Source of the DNA: Botryllus schlosseri
Taxonomy: Eukaryota
DNA length: 64,000 nucleotides
Direction: 5' to 3'
Assembly (NCBI GenBank): GCA_051294905.1
Contig: CM119372.1
Location: 5,706,001-5,770,000, forward strand
The position numbers and the translations under genes were made by a program. The notes below the pieces were generated by a model. That model had not been told where the DNA came from. It worked only from the letters and a program-made list of their open reading frames with translations, and made no database searches. This document shows positions 25,301-40,300 of the stretch, one piece after another. Within the stretch, counting starts at the first letter, position 1; each line of letters begins with the position of its first letter.

Positions 25301-28300
25301 AGATTGGGATAACATCTCAACAAATGCGTGATCAAGTTTGATGAAGCCTTGGTTGGAAACTTGAATTTTTTTTGAAATTGTTGCAGCAAGCCTCGGTACT
25401 GGTCAGAGATTTAAAAATAAAGCTCTGACCGTGGTGTAGGGAATGGTTCAGCACAGGCTTCAGAAGAGTTTATTTGGAAGGTTATAACTGTTGATGAGAG
25501 AATTTTCTAATATGAAATTAGGACTATACACAGAGCAATAGCTATGAAATAGAGGTGAATCGTGCCAAGCGCGGAAAACATATTCAGTTTACTGGAGTTC
25601 TCGCGCCCCCTTCAGATGTATTCACGCCGCCCAAGGGGGGTACGCCCCCCCCCCATTTTGAGAACCACTGGTTAAGCCTATAATGTATTTCACAAAGTTT
25701 TCTGTTGCTGCTGAAGTATGGGAAACAGTTTAGCATGGCTGATTTATCTACCTGTAACGCATGCATTGAACACTGATGTAAATAGGCTAATTATTATTGG
25801 TGGCGATTACTAAGGCCTTAAGGCAGCGGTGGGCAAACTACGGCCTGCGGGCCGCCTGCGGGCCGCATGCGGCCCGTGAGAGTCTAGAGAAGTGGTTCTT
25901 AACCTTTTTTCCTCCAGCGCCCCCTTTCAAAAATTATCGTGCTCCAGCGCCCCCCAACTTCATATTGTGAGGGATGTAATAAAGACAATGAGTAAGAGGG
26001 ACGGCCGTAACAGCACTTCGTCAACCCCCCTAAAAACTATTGGATTGCGCACCCATAGCGTGATATACCAAACTTCTGAGGGCTTCGCCCACACGAACCC
26101 CAGAGCGTGATTTCGGTGGTCAGCAAAGTTTGTGTGGCCTGGTCGCCCTAGGAACCAAAATTTTCTATAATGCATGAATGAACAGGTGGTAATTATATGT
26201 ATAAGTCGCTATAAACTTTTTAGGTACAATTATTCGTTACCAGGGCCCTAACAGCACTTCGTCAGCCCCCCCCAAAAAACAAAAAACGTTGGTCCTGGGC
26301 CCCATCGGGTGATAAACCAAACTTCCGGGGGACTTGACCCCCAGACCCCCATTCGGCTGTCCGCTATTTGCTGATACTAGGTATCTACATTGGGTGCCCA
26401 TTTACTGATGCAGCAATTCTCGCCCAGACGCGCGAAGCGCGAAAAATTTCACCAATTCATGATTGAATTGGTCAATATGATCCGAAATTGCATGTAAATT
26501 GAGATCAATTTTTATCCTCTCCCTGCTCACGTAAACAGATTTACCGGTAAAGCTGAGTGATGTGTGATTGAAAAGGTAGGACCGCTCAATAATAATTATA
26601 CATCTTCGGGCGTATACCCGTTGGCAGGAACGAAACATCACTTCGTCAGGCCCCCGAAAAAACTTGGGTCTTGGGCTCCCATAGGGTGATAAATCGACCG
26701 CCCCCCATCACGTTGTTCGCTTTTGCCAAGGAATCAGCTGTACTGTTTAGCGAGCCAGTGCGACGCGCGAAAACTTTCGATAATTCATGCTAAAATCGGT
26801 CAGTAAGATCGGGGATTACATATATATTGCTATCAATGTCTTGTCCTCTCTGCTCCCGTTACCAGATTTACCGGTAGAGCTGAATGACGTGCAATGTTCC
26901 CTCTAAGCTGCGCAAGTGCGCAGTACTGACACGGTCTCTGCGCACTGAAAATCTGCGTTGCGCACAACAAATCCGAAGTTATGACCTTTTTTAGTCGTTA
27001 CGCACTGTTGTCCAAGGGTCAGCGAAGGGGGTTGTTGAGTGTGCGCAGACTCATCAAAACTTAAAGCGAACATTGTGAGGTGTCTTGGAAACTGTAGGGC
27101 CCGTAACTAATAATTAAACATATTCGGGCGGGCGAACCCGTTGGTATGACTTCGTTGCATGATGCTATTTCGTGACCTCCTGTCTGCAATATCAAAAAAT
27201 CTAGAATCGCCCAACAGGGATATCGCCCAACAGGAATATCCCTGTCGCCCAATCGTACTAAACTAAAAGACGTACACGATTTCAAATTGGTATTTCTTCA
27301 CTGGCATATATTTTTCCCTGCCAGATGAAATTCGTCTTCTGGGGTTCAGATTGCCAAGACAGGAACATTCGGTGCCAGTCATTTAGGCGCCCATGGACAA
27401 TTAAACCTAGGCCTATATGTATTTTGAAGGCTATATATAACGAAGTTTTCGGTGTTAATTTGCTCTGAATACTCATTAAGGATATGTCCTATCACCACTT
27501 CATCTACTGCGAAGCCATTTCTCTCCAGCGCCCCCCCATACCGCCCCCCTGAGCCCAGCGCCGCCCATATCTCCCCCTGAGCGTTTCCGCCCCCTTTAAA
27601 ATCGCCAGCGCCCCCTGGGCCTTGCAGTGTGATCGAGTTTGGTATTGCGACGCAACAATTCTGTCAGGCAAACCTGTTTCTTGCGTCACAACACAATGGT
27701 AAATTCCATCACAATCCGAAATTCGAGAGTAATTTTTGGGCGATCCCGGGCCATGAGCAGCATAACATTTACATTTTCGTAACAAGTACAGCAGCACGTT
27801 TTCATTGAATCCTGATTTATTGAATTTAGAGCTCGGAATGCCGGTCAAAAATGGCCGTAAAATTGCATTTGGCCAAATGACAAGTATGACGTACCCAAAA
27901 GCAGAGAGCCGTTCAATCTCGCTGTGTCCACACCATTTAGGACACTACGCTGTCAGCATTGTGCGTTCTGAAATTGACCAAACGCAAAAGCAGTATATAT
28001 CTATGAGCCGATCGTTCCTCCCGTGTTCAAATTTCCATCCTTTCTTAAGAATCGACACAATCTACTTTCGTCTCTAATTTTACCGAATGGATTGAGGATG
28101 GCCCGCGGACCGCATGTTTGTCACCTCTGATATAGTATATTTGCTCTGAGGTCTTGATTGGCCTCATATTCATATCTCAGCACTGCGTTGTCGAAGATAT
28201 TTGAGGTATCGTATATTTCGTCCACAGCATGCACAATGCACATTATAAAAGCTGCGAAGCACAATGGGCCTACATAACGTTATCAAGCATCAAGTACGCT

Positions 28301-31300
28301 GTGACAGATTCATGCTTGAATTTAAAACAAAATTAATTTTAAAACAAACATGTCTAAAGCATCGAACTTTTTGAAACATGCATTTTATTTTTGTTTTTTC
28401 TTAATTTCTTTTTTTCCTTTACGTCACGAATATGGAGTTATGACTTGGCAGCGGATTTTCATTTTTCCTTGGCTTCTAATGAATTGCAACTAAAAATCTA
28501 GGGAAATGTCGGAAAAATTTGACTATGAAATTAAACCGACTTGTGTAGAAGGCCAAGAGCTGATGTTGGAACATCTTTTATGCTCAACCCATATTGTCGT
28601 AACAACTTTTCTGCATGTGTCACAAATTGGATATACAATATAATCCGCATACCCTAGACTTGGGAATGCCCGTAATACCTACAAAAGATCGGTTATTTTG
28701 CAAGAAATTCGGCAATTATTACACCCGTTGAACCTCGGCAACGTTTTTTTTTATCTGAAGGCCGGATTCAAAATTAATTATTTTCCGCGTATCGGTCTTC
28801 AAAATCCACCAACATTTGCATTGAAAATTGATTGCAGCTCATAGACTTATTGTGTCACTAAATGGTGCCCAGTAAGGCATTAGCATTTTTTTAAAATAAA
28901 GTAAATAACTGGATTTCTTGTCGATTTTCGTCAGTAACCTTGACTATTATCAAAATGATATAGGAACTTTTCACTGACCAGTACGGAAATCTGCATGAAC
29001 CGTCACGTGTCCGCGGATCACTGTGGTGCGATTGCGACCAAAATTTTCACCCATCGCGGCTCATATTTTGAGAAGCATTGGAGTAATGTAAAGTGAATTT
29101 CCCAGATTTCATCTTTTCATCCCTCGAGGACTCGTACGAAGCATGCAGCGAACCAATTCTATATCAAAATCCATCCATTAATATATATATTGACCTTATA
29201 GCAAGAAACCAAGATTGACTGATCATTTTAACATTTTCGCCCCTTATCTCATCATTGGTACAATCGCCCGGTCGTATTTTCAGTCCCTGTCTCTTGAAAC
29301 TGACCCAGGAGTCAATATCGCTAACTCCGAGAGCCAACGGTTTAGAGCAGTGGCTCCCAAACTTTTTGGTATCGGAGCCGCATTTCAAATTTCAGAGTAG
29401 GCTACGATTGGAGTCGCACAATACATGAAAGCACGTACCAACGAATAGCAACACCAACAAGAAAAAATACACAAATCCATTTAATGTCCAACTTGACATT
29501 GGCTTTGTGCTTCAAGGAGTGAATCAAAGCGAGGCGTAATTGCAGAGAATGCAGTACGCAGTGGCTGCTTAAGGTGGTTATCGGTCAATCGATTGCGATA
29601 AAGATTTTTGATTCTGACCATTTTGCTAAAAAGGGCTCCATATATATAAGTTGATCACAATAGAGAATCGATTTTCTGGGCATTGGTTATCAAGTTGAAA
29701 TATTTTCCCTCTGGAACTTCACTCTTAATTGCTTAAGCTCGATATCTGACTGCATGTCTAGCAACTCGAGGTGAAAATTACTAGGGGCAGTAGCCACATT
29801 AACTAGAATAGTATCTGAAAACATTTTCATCATGGACAAACAAGCATCCATTCCGTCAATGCGGCGGTTGAACTCATCAATAAAGTTGCTGATAAGCCTG
29901 TTGCATGCATCAAATGATACATTGGTTTGATGGTCAGATACCGTTGAAAATATGTATTGTAATACCACCTGCACTTGAGTCTGGTGGTGAGCTGACTTAA
30001 ATTTGATTGCCGATCCGAACGCATTTGAGTGTGAGTATACTTTTTGGCTTGAGTAGAGTAGCGAAATCGTTGCTAAGTATAGAGAGTCACTACTCGACAG
30101 CACAGAAATTGGTCTCTGCCCGTAATTATCAACTCCAGACACCAAGCCTTGTAAGAGTAATTTTTGTACATGAATTTTATTTATTTTTTGTTATAAATTG
30201 ATTTTGTAGTGTTTTTGTGGGATTTTCAAACGTCAGTGGGAGCCGCAAGAGGGCTAGCTGGGAGCCGCGGTGGGGAATCACTGGTTTAGAGTCTAATTAA
30301 CAGTGTTGGGATCAAGTCACTACCTTCGAGTCACGAGTCACTTCGAGTCATTGCCCATTTTGACTCGAGTCAATTCAAGTCAATCGATTTTCAAAGGTGA
30401 CTCGAGTCAAGTCAAGTCACTCGATTTTTGGAGGTGACTCAAGTCAAGTCGAGTCAAGTCAAGTCAAGTCACGTGTCAAGTCACAATTCAAGTGAAGTTG
30501 CCTTTTCGAAGCATAGGGCATGATAACTTCATTGCATTTTGCAAGCTGTCTGAAATAAGAATTGAGTGGTCATTGATTTTGTACCGATGAACGAATATGG
30601 AGTTAAATATACATGCAAGAAGGCGCTGTATCGCTCACATATACGTAGAACTGCTAGACCACAGTCCATAGTTACCAGCCAGAATAGAGAATAGAGAAAC
30701 GAATTGACAAGATGCAATACATTACCCATTTACAAATCGATATGGTACAATTCTAGCCTGTGCCAATGGTTGAGGACTATATAAACTATATTTGATTTCA
30801 ATTTCAATAAAACAAGAGGCTTGGTTAAGGTAAAAACAGAGATTAATCACTTTACTATATACCAGTTTACGGCAAGGTAAGCCGTAAGCTTCGATCACTT
30901 CGTTTGCGGTCAATTTATTTGTGACGGAACAATGGAGGATCAGTAAAACACACGGTCATTAAATGATTGGTCGCGCTCACGGTTACACCAGCGCTTCGCG
31001 AACAATCCGAACATCTGCAAGATTCAGTGATTTTTATCGGCACCGATTACTAAATGACTTGAAATTGACTCGTGAATTCTGCTCCGAGTCACGAGTCAAT
31101 CCACATTTCTGATACGCCGAGTCAAGTCAAGTCAAGTCATTTTAGCAAAGTGACTCGAGTCAAGTCAAGTCATTCGAAAAAGGTGACTCGAGTCCGACTC
31201 GAGTCAAGTCATGACTCGAATCATCCCAACACTGCTAATTAATAGAAAAGGGTCCAATTTAATACATTCTTAGTTTGAAAAAAAAATCTCTTAAATATTT

Positions 31301-34300
31301 GGCGGAGCGGCAGTAAAGTTACCACGGTCCGGCGGTTAAGAACAATTTAATTAAATTAAAAGCGGTAGAAGAGAGGGACTGCACGGAATCACCCACAAAA
31401 TAAGTACCCCGACGCATATGTCATGATATTTCCGCGCCAAGACTGGATGTTACGGCGGTGGATCGAAAGCTCATCTACAGCAGTGTGTATTAATGCAGGG
31501 GGCGTGCCTGAACTGCGGCCCGCAAAATCCGCGGCCTATTGATTTGAACCTTTTGTGCAACTTAACTATTAAACTGCATTAAATGTGCTGCGTAGTAGCC
31601 TCCTGGACGTAGAAAATGGCATCAGATGTATGCAGAGGTGGTCAGTAACGAAGTACTTCTACTTTTTCGAAGTACTCAAGTAGTTTTCCTCTACTTCTGG
31701 TACTTACTCAAGTAGATCTTATTTTTGCTAATTCTACTTCTACTTCTTAATATTTTGTGATCTACTTACTTACTTCTCGCTATTTTCAGTTTGTCAAGTA
31801 GAAGTAGTTCAATCTTTTAATCAGAAAGATGGCCTGAGGAATTTCGGAGCTGTTTTCACGGAGTATAGACATTTAATTTCCAGAAAAGTTTATTAAAGCC
31901 GGAAATTTTCGTCGCGCCTCGCGCGCAGTGGATACGAAGTGACCAGTATGATTTCACGAAAGTATCGATGAATACAATTTAGGTGGAGGGTTGGCGTGGT
32001 TCCGTTTACACCACATTGTCGCCCTTCGCCCATATGAAATAATTCATCACAGTATATATGGCTCATCATAACTAGGGCTGGGCAAAATCGAGTACCTGAG
32101 TGATTCGATTCTGAATCACGTAAAATGCTTCGAGTCGAGTCGAGTAATCGAGTATCACTCATTATGACGTCATAGCAGAATATTATTTGTCAAAGTTCAA
32201 ATATGTACCTTTTAAGCGACCACAAAGAATATAATGCCTGTTATCCATCATATTAAGGATACTTTGGTATTTTTTCGACCATACCGATTTCATTGCACTT
32301 GGTGACAATATTGCGGGATGATCATGACTTCGGAAATGTGCTATTTCCAGTAACGTTCATAGCTTTGTACTTCATGTTTCGTATGCTACGATACGGCCAA
32401 TCAAGGTTTCAAGGTTTCAGTGAAATTAGTATAAACTCTTTGATCATTGATCAACTCCTCGTTGATAAATCAACTTTCAGTGGCGAGGAGCGTATAATTT
32501 CAGTACTCGAAAAAATCGTCTTTTACTACTCGACTCGAATCATTAAAATTAATACTCGATTCAGATTCGAGTACTCGAATCATTGTGCCCAGCCCTAATC
32601 ATAACGTTTGAAACTGATGTTTCGCAATCTAGCATTTTCTTTTCATATCGTAATCTAGCATGTCCATGGCGTGTCCTAATCTGGAAGAGTGGACTTTGAC
32701 TTTTTCAGTTTTAGAGCTGTTTTAGCGTACCACCATTGAAACTTTTTGGACTAAAAACATGAAATATATATTCTGCTTTTAGAAGTAGTATTTATACTTC
32801 ACTTTCAATTCCCAGTATCATATATTTGAGTTATAATTAATATCAGTTCTTATGTCTGGATAACATACATGTTGATTGTTGAAGTATAAAAGCAAGTGTA
32901 GTAATGCCTTTAATTTCTGGAAATAAAGCTACACAATATGGCATTTTTACGGTCCGCCATATTTTTTATTAACGTTTACTAATCGCGCAAAGTGTTTACA
33001 CCTATACAACTTGTCCGTATTGCTCTTCGACTAAACTACGGCCCTTATTATATGGGGGATGGTGCCATACCATGCTATTTTCCAAAACGTGCTGTTCGAG
33101 AAAACAGAGGACCACAACCACGAGCAGCCACGTTTTCAAATCATTATGTCAGTACAACGCTGTGATCTCTAGCATGGGCGACGGATATATTGAGCATAAA
33201 CAAATTAATATTTTAATAAAGAAATACAAATGCAACAAAAATATAATGATAATTACTTGGATTCAATTTCGAAATAAGAGCTGCACACGATAGCCTATAG
33301 CACTTCCACATTCAAGCGACTAAAGAATCGATATTGGGACTAGCCGAGACACTACATTTCCCCTTAAAGATTTAGTTTGTGGGGAAGTGTCAAGTCGTTT
33401 TCTGTAAGCGCCTCGGTTTTGGCAGTGTCTGGGCCATTGCACGTGAAGGCTTCATGTCCATTCATATCAGCTCCATGGGATGCTATTATCACCGACGGCG
33501 TATCAGCTAGTGAGGAAAAGTGATGCTGAACACCGGACAAAATCCCATTTTGAAAAACAACATTAGCATTTCCAAATGCTTTATTTAGCGTTCTTACAAA
33601 ATCTCAGTTTACGTCACGGGCCGCAAATTACGACTCTGCGGGCCACCAGTTGTTGACCCCTGCTTTAAACTTTGTTTTAAAGAAAGGTCTTTTTTGAAAA
33701 TCAATATTGTTGTCTATAATGATGTCATATTTGTGTAAATACTTTCCGAAACAACTGTTGTATGAGCCTACATACGATTAACACCTGATATAGCCGACTA
33801 TACGATATGGGATGGTGGGAAACCGCGAAATAGTCCTTCAGCAGCTATAGTACGTAGATATAGATAATGGTACGGAAAGAATGTTTTCATGATAATGACC
33901 GCCAACCGTAAAAATCCTGCATGAGGATGTAATACTGGTTAAAGATATTGTTGGTCCGCATATTGCAGGCGTTGGAAGCCTATTTCCAGGGTTGTAACCA
34001 AGTCACATGGTTCCAATCTCTTTTCTATAGTTTTGCCTCTAATCAAGTCGAGTCATTTTCAATCCACCACTGAGTCGAGTCCGAGTCAAAGTCAAACTCA
34101 ATGAGCAGACGGCCGAGTCCGAGTCCAAGTCATTGTGTTGACTGATCAGTTTCCAGTTAAAATATTGTTAAACCAACTTCTTATAACTCTGTTTGGTGAT
34201 ATCGAATGGCTCGGATTTATAATAGAATAATTTTCCTCGTTTTTAGCAGTTTCTGGTCGCATTTTCAAAATTGGTGAAATCCCAATCGTGTTGTTACTTT

Positions 34301-37300
34301 ACTATTCTTAGAAATTCGAGTCATTACAGCCCAGCCTATTTCGTCAAAGGACCTGTATGTATCCAATCATTGCAATTTCCAATGTCAATCCAATATGACG
34401 TAACATTTGAATATTCGTGTTGTCATTGCTCAGAAGAAGAAAAACACAAGAAAATGAAACAATATAAACATTTTCTAACAAGGGCCTTGTTTTAAACATG
34501 TGTGTTTTTAATTGAATTTTGTTTTAAAGGCAGCTCTACCGAACATGCTATTTTGAATGCTTCGACCGCGTTTATTTCAGACTTTCTTCAAACATGGTGA
34601 TTCTATTTGGCAATTACGTCAGTACGTATTGATTCGCCGCACCTCCTAAATTATATATTATGACATGGAGGCGATTGAAGAGCAACGAATATCCAAGCAG
34701 AACAACTAATTACGTCGCGGGTCGGTTCAAAACAACTGGCTTGTTCGAGTATTTTCTGATCCTAAAAACTCCCAAAGATAAATCGATTGATATAACTTTT
34801 TTAATTTTTTTAGTGATAGAAGGTTTAAAGTCATCAAAACCATAGTGTATACGCTTACATATGTACTGAATTATTTAAACCGTATTATTTTGAAACAGAA
34901 TCATAGGTTATTTCATTGCTATCCAGCACATCAATATCTCATTACAAGTTTCGAATGATTAATTGACATCTGAGCATGGCACACAATGAGAAATGACGGT
35001 TAAGCATTCGTCAATTTAGCATCAGAACGCATGAGCATGATGAGAGCTTGGGGAACATTAGCACGCGACTTCAAAACGTTATTCCTAATCATATTCCTCA
35101 TATTGTCATCATAATAGATCTTCGGTATAATGTAGTCCATGCACTATCCCATTGACGTCCATGTGGACCACAAGAGTATTTTTGTTGTTTTGTTTTTGGT
35201 CTAGAACTAAATAACGTATTTAGACTATTCCCATTCTGAATTCTCCCTGGTCACTATGTGTTCATTTATAAAAAAAAAAGCCTTAAACATTCAAACAAGT
35301 ATTTTACAGAAGATGTTGGATTGCTGTTGGTATTAATTTTATCTGGATGCTGTCATATGTATAATTTACCTTATAGTCATGACTCATGAGCATTTGTCGT
35401 GAGCTAGGCTAAGGATGTGCTCAGGAAAGCTATGAGACATACATGTGTAGTTTAATCTTCAAAATACGCTTCAAACGATGTTCTGGACAACCCGGAGAAT
35501 GATGTGCAGCATCATTTTCCTCTGCTATTCGCATTGGTACCGTGGTGCTCGAATTGCAACGAGCCCGTAATACTAAATTCGAAGAATTAATTCGCATTGT
35601 ATTGCGAATGTTATCAGCAAATTTTCTTCCCTAATGAATGTTTGTAACAGATATCACCTGTCCGGGGAACCCATCCAGCGTCGGTAATAGCGAAATCACA
35701 TCTGGGTGTGATGATGGCAGTCCGTATCAGACAACGTGCGAAATAAACTGCAATGAAGGGTATTATGTGGGAGGAAGTGGAAATGCAGTGTGTGTTGATC
35801 CTACACCAAACAATGACTCTAATGTTCAAGGAGCTTGGGATATCGGATCAACAACTTGCACACGTAGGCTAAGTGTAGACCGCCAAAGCGTAGCAGTTCA
35901 TACAATATATATATACATCTTATTTTGTCCACTTTCGCATATGACCGTTTATTACAGAGATTACGTGTCCTGGGAGCCCAACCAGCATTGATAATAGCGC
36001 AATCACTTATGGGTGTGATGATGGCAGTCCTTATCAGACAACGTGCGAAATAACATGCAATCAAGGCTATTATGTGCGTGGAAGTGGAAATGCAGTGTGT
36101 GTTGATCCTACACCAAACGATGACTCTAATGTTCAAGGAGCTTGGGATATCGGATCAACAACTTGCACACGTAGGCTAAGTGTGGACCGCCAAAGCGTAG
36201 CAGTTCAAACAATATATATAGGCCTATATATACATCTTATATTTTCCACTTTTGCATATGACCGTTTATTACAGAGATTACGTGTCCTGGGAGCCCAACC
36301 AGCATTGATAATAGCGCAATCACTTATGGGTGTGATGATGGCAGTCCTTATCAGACAACGTGCGAAATAACATGCAATGAAGGGTATTATGTGGGAGGAA
36401 GTGGAAACGCAGTGTGTGTTGATTCTACACCAAACGATGACTCTAATGTTCAAGGAGCTTGGGATATCGGATCAACAACTTGCACACGTAGGCTAAGTGT
36501 GGACCGCCAAAGCGTAGCAGTTCATACAATATATATATACATCTCATATTTTCCACTTTTGCATATGACCGTTTATTACAGAAATTACGTGTCCTGGGAG
36601 CCCAACCAGCATCGATAATAGTGCAATCACTTATGGGTGTGATGATGGCAGTCCTTATCAGACAACGTGCGAAATAACATGCAATGAAGGGTATTATGTG
36701 GGAGGAAGTGGAAACGCAGTGTGTGTTGATCCTACACCAAACGATGACTCTAATGTTCAAGGAGCTTGGGATATCGGATCAACAACTTGCACACGTAGGC
36801 TAAGTGTGGACTGCCAAAGCGTAGCAGTTCATACAATATATATCTAGGCCTACATCTTATATTTTCCACTTTTGCATATGACCGTTTATTACAGAAATTA
36901 CGTGTCCTGGGAGCCCAACCAGCATTGATAATAGCGCAATCACTTATGGGTGTGATGATGGCAGTCCTTATCAGACAACGTGCGAAATAACATGCAATCA
37001 AGGCTATTATGTGGGTGGAAGTGGAAATGCAGTGTGTGATGATCCTACACCAAACGATGACTCTAATGACGAAGGAGACTGGGATATCGGATCAACAACT
37101 TGTACGCGTAAGTGAGGACCACCAGAACGTCGTAGTTCGTACAATATATATACATAGGTGGATTTTTTCTCTCTAATTTAGTCATAGTTATACTTTTGAA
37201 ACGGGCGATTATGATTCCAACGAAATCTCACAGTTGACGATTCCCGGCCATAAAGGTATCCGTGGAAATGAAAAAGCCGTAAAAGTCGCACTAAAATCAG

Positions 37301-40300
37301 CCATGATGCCCCTCGTACAAGATGAAACCATCCGGCAAGAACTAACTATGAAGGAAACGAAATGCCTCGTTCCCGAAATCTGTCAAAAGAAGTGAATCGA
37401 CCACTTAAATGTCATTTACGACAACTATCAATGAAAAATATTATCGGAGATGTCAGGGACACGAATCTCATTATTGGTTTCTCACAGACTCAAATTTCCA
37501 TCCTGTTGCAGGAATCGGTACTGGCGACTTTGATTCAGCTTAGTCACTTAGTTGCTCCTGTTATTTCTTGACTCCTTATCCGGGTTATCGGTATAGCGGA
37601 AAGTTATCGATATCCGGGTTGTAACCAAGTCACATGGTTTCGAGTCACGAGTCAATCTGACTTTTGTGGTTTTGACTCGAGTCGAGTCGAGTCATTTTCA
37701 ATTCATCACCGACTCGAGTCCGAGTCCAAGTCACCGTTTTAAGGGTCAAGTCCGAGTCATAGTGTTATGACTCGAGTCGAGTCCAAGTCACAGTATTGAA
37801 GTCATGCTCAACTTATGTTTTCAATCCTGCTTGGGTGATATTGAATTCCTTGCTTGCCAAACATGCTTATTTTGTCCCTATCATAGTCTTGGCACATGTT
37901 TATTTAGGCAGATAACGGACAGTTTCTGGCCTCATTTACCGATGCTACAGATAGACGAGACAGGCCGCCAATACGATAACTTTACTAATCTTAGAACTTT
38001 AAATCAAATATATGTCAGTCTGATATATCACAAATGCAAGCACTCAGTTTTTATTACTAGCACATCGACGACCGCTCACTAATAGCTTATAGAGAATTAA
38101 CGAATTCACGTCTACATACTATCTGATAGAGAACCTACGAATTCGCGTCTAGATACAAGCTGGTAGAGAATCAACGTATAAACGTTTATGTAGAGGTACG
38201 GTTTTGCTTTCACATTAAATCAGGTGGTTGACCAGAAAAATGTCAACTGTCCTGCTCAGCTCCCGAAGTAGTCGCCGGAGCGTTACTTTAGTGCTGATTT
38301 ACTGTTATCTTAGTCGAATTTTCCCTACATTTACCAAAAATTCGCAAAAATGAGGGCAGAATCTTAAAAAGGAGGCTACTTCTTAAAGTTGTTAGAATAT
38401 CTGAAAGAACTTGAATTTGGCTAAATTCCAACCAGTATAAAGCAATGCTAACAGAAAATATTTTGAATTAATTACAAATAGAGACTTTCGAATTTTACCG
38501 GCTACCTCATGATATTGTTAGATTGTGTAGAAGTATGATTCATAGCAAATTTGGCTCAATTCCAATTAGAAGAAGCGAAGTTATTAGAGTGGAACATTTT
38601 GAATATGAAAAAATAGTCGACTTACTACTAGTATGTAATTATATTATATGAAATCATTTCTCACTAAAAATACTCCATGTATTTTCAAATCCAATATTTT
38701 CTCCTCTCATATCATTGATTCCACTATTTAAAATTAAGCCAGATTCAGTGTTCTTTTTATGCAACGTAACAATTTTATCAAGTAGCCACCATGTAGAATA
38801 AAAAAGAAGTTATTTTTGATCGGCCCTATTGTACAAACATCACACAACATTAGCCATTCATTATTACTCACGTGCACAATGCACACATCTAACAAAACGT
38901 CAAATGGACGGAGGGTATTGTGTGTTTTCACAGACAGCAGATCAAATCAATGAGTTATACTTGAAAATACTAAAGTGGAATGGAGATTCTCATATATGTT
39001 GAGGCGGCATGGCCTTAGAATAATCCACATCCACTGGATACACGTTCCACTGGTGCATTAGATGCAGGAATTGAAAAGCAATTTTGAACCACACTGAAGA
39101 GCATTAGATACTCATCCATTCTAGTCGCCCAAAATACAAAGAATCATCACCTTCAAATCTACACATGAGCTTATCACTCTCTTCCAAGTAGGCTACTTGA
39201 CCATCTGAGTCATTTCATTGGCTCTAATTGGACTTTGCTTCGATTGTTTGCTTGTATAATTGAAAAGTCTTGAGTACTATTACCTCTTCACCACGGGATT
39301 ATTTTGTACAATGCATTGCTATTTGCCAGTGTTGGGATCAAGTCACTACCTTCGAGTCACGAGTCATCTCGAGTCATTGCAGATTTTGACTCGAGTCAAG
39401 TCAAGTCAATCGATTTTCGAAAGTGACTCGAGTCGAGTCAAGTAACTCATTTTTTGGAGGTGACTCGAGTCAAGTCGAGTCAAGTCAAGTCAAGTCACGA
39501 GTCAAGTCACAATTCAAGTCAAGTCAAGTCAAATTGAATTTTTGAAGTATGAGTGATGATTCAAAGTCATTACATTTTGCTAGCTGTGGGAAAAACATAT
39601 TAATTGATCATTTATCTCGAATCAAATAACGAATATCTAGTTAACTATACATGCAAAAAGACGTTGTATCCCTCACGTACACGTAGAACTGCTAATGAAA
39701 TACGCGTGAGTAACTGTACAGCTCCATGCTACAGTTAGTTATTATCAACCAATATATAGGACCTAATACGAAGCTTTGAGAAGTTGAAACAAATTGATAT
39801 GATACAATAGCCTACACTACCCAATACCCATCTACACATCCGTGAGAATATAAACGCACAAACTAGATTTGTTCGATTTAAATCATACAAGAGGGTTGGT
39901 AAATGTGAGCACTGCGCAACGTAGGCCTAAGCGTTTAGCCGTCAAAGAAACAGAGACACATTGATATTTAGATTAATCTTCTATTACTACTACGACAGCG
40001 TAAGCTGTGATCGTTTAGTTTGCGGTCAATTTATTTGTGATCTAACAATGGAGGATTAGTGTAACGTACAATCACTGAATGATTGGTTGCTGTTCATACG
40101 AGTGACACCAGCGTATCTCGAACAATCCGAACATACACAAGATACGGTGATTTATTCGACACCGTTTACTTGGTGACTTGAAATTGACTCGCAAATTTTG
40201 CTCCGAGTCACGAGTCAATGCACATTTTTGAAGCTCCGAGTCAAGTCAAGTCAAGTCATTTTTCCAAAGTGACTCGAGTCAAGTCAAGTCATACGAAAAA

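Noticed and set aside
35614..37001. Repeated minus-strand ORFs (MNIRVIVWCRINTHC...)
   Set aside because: Antisense shadows of the Sushi exons.
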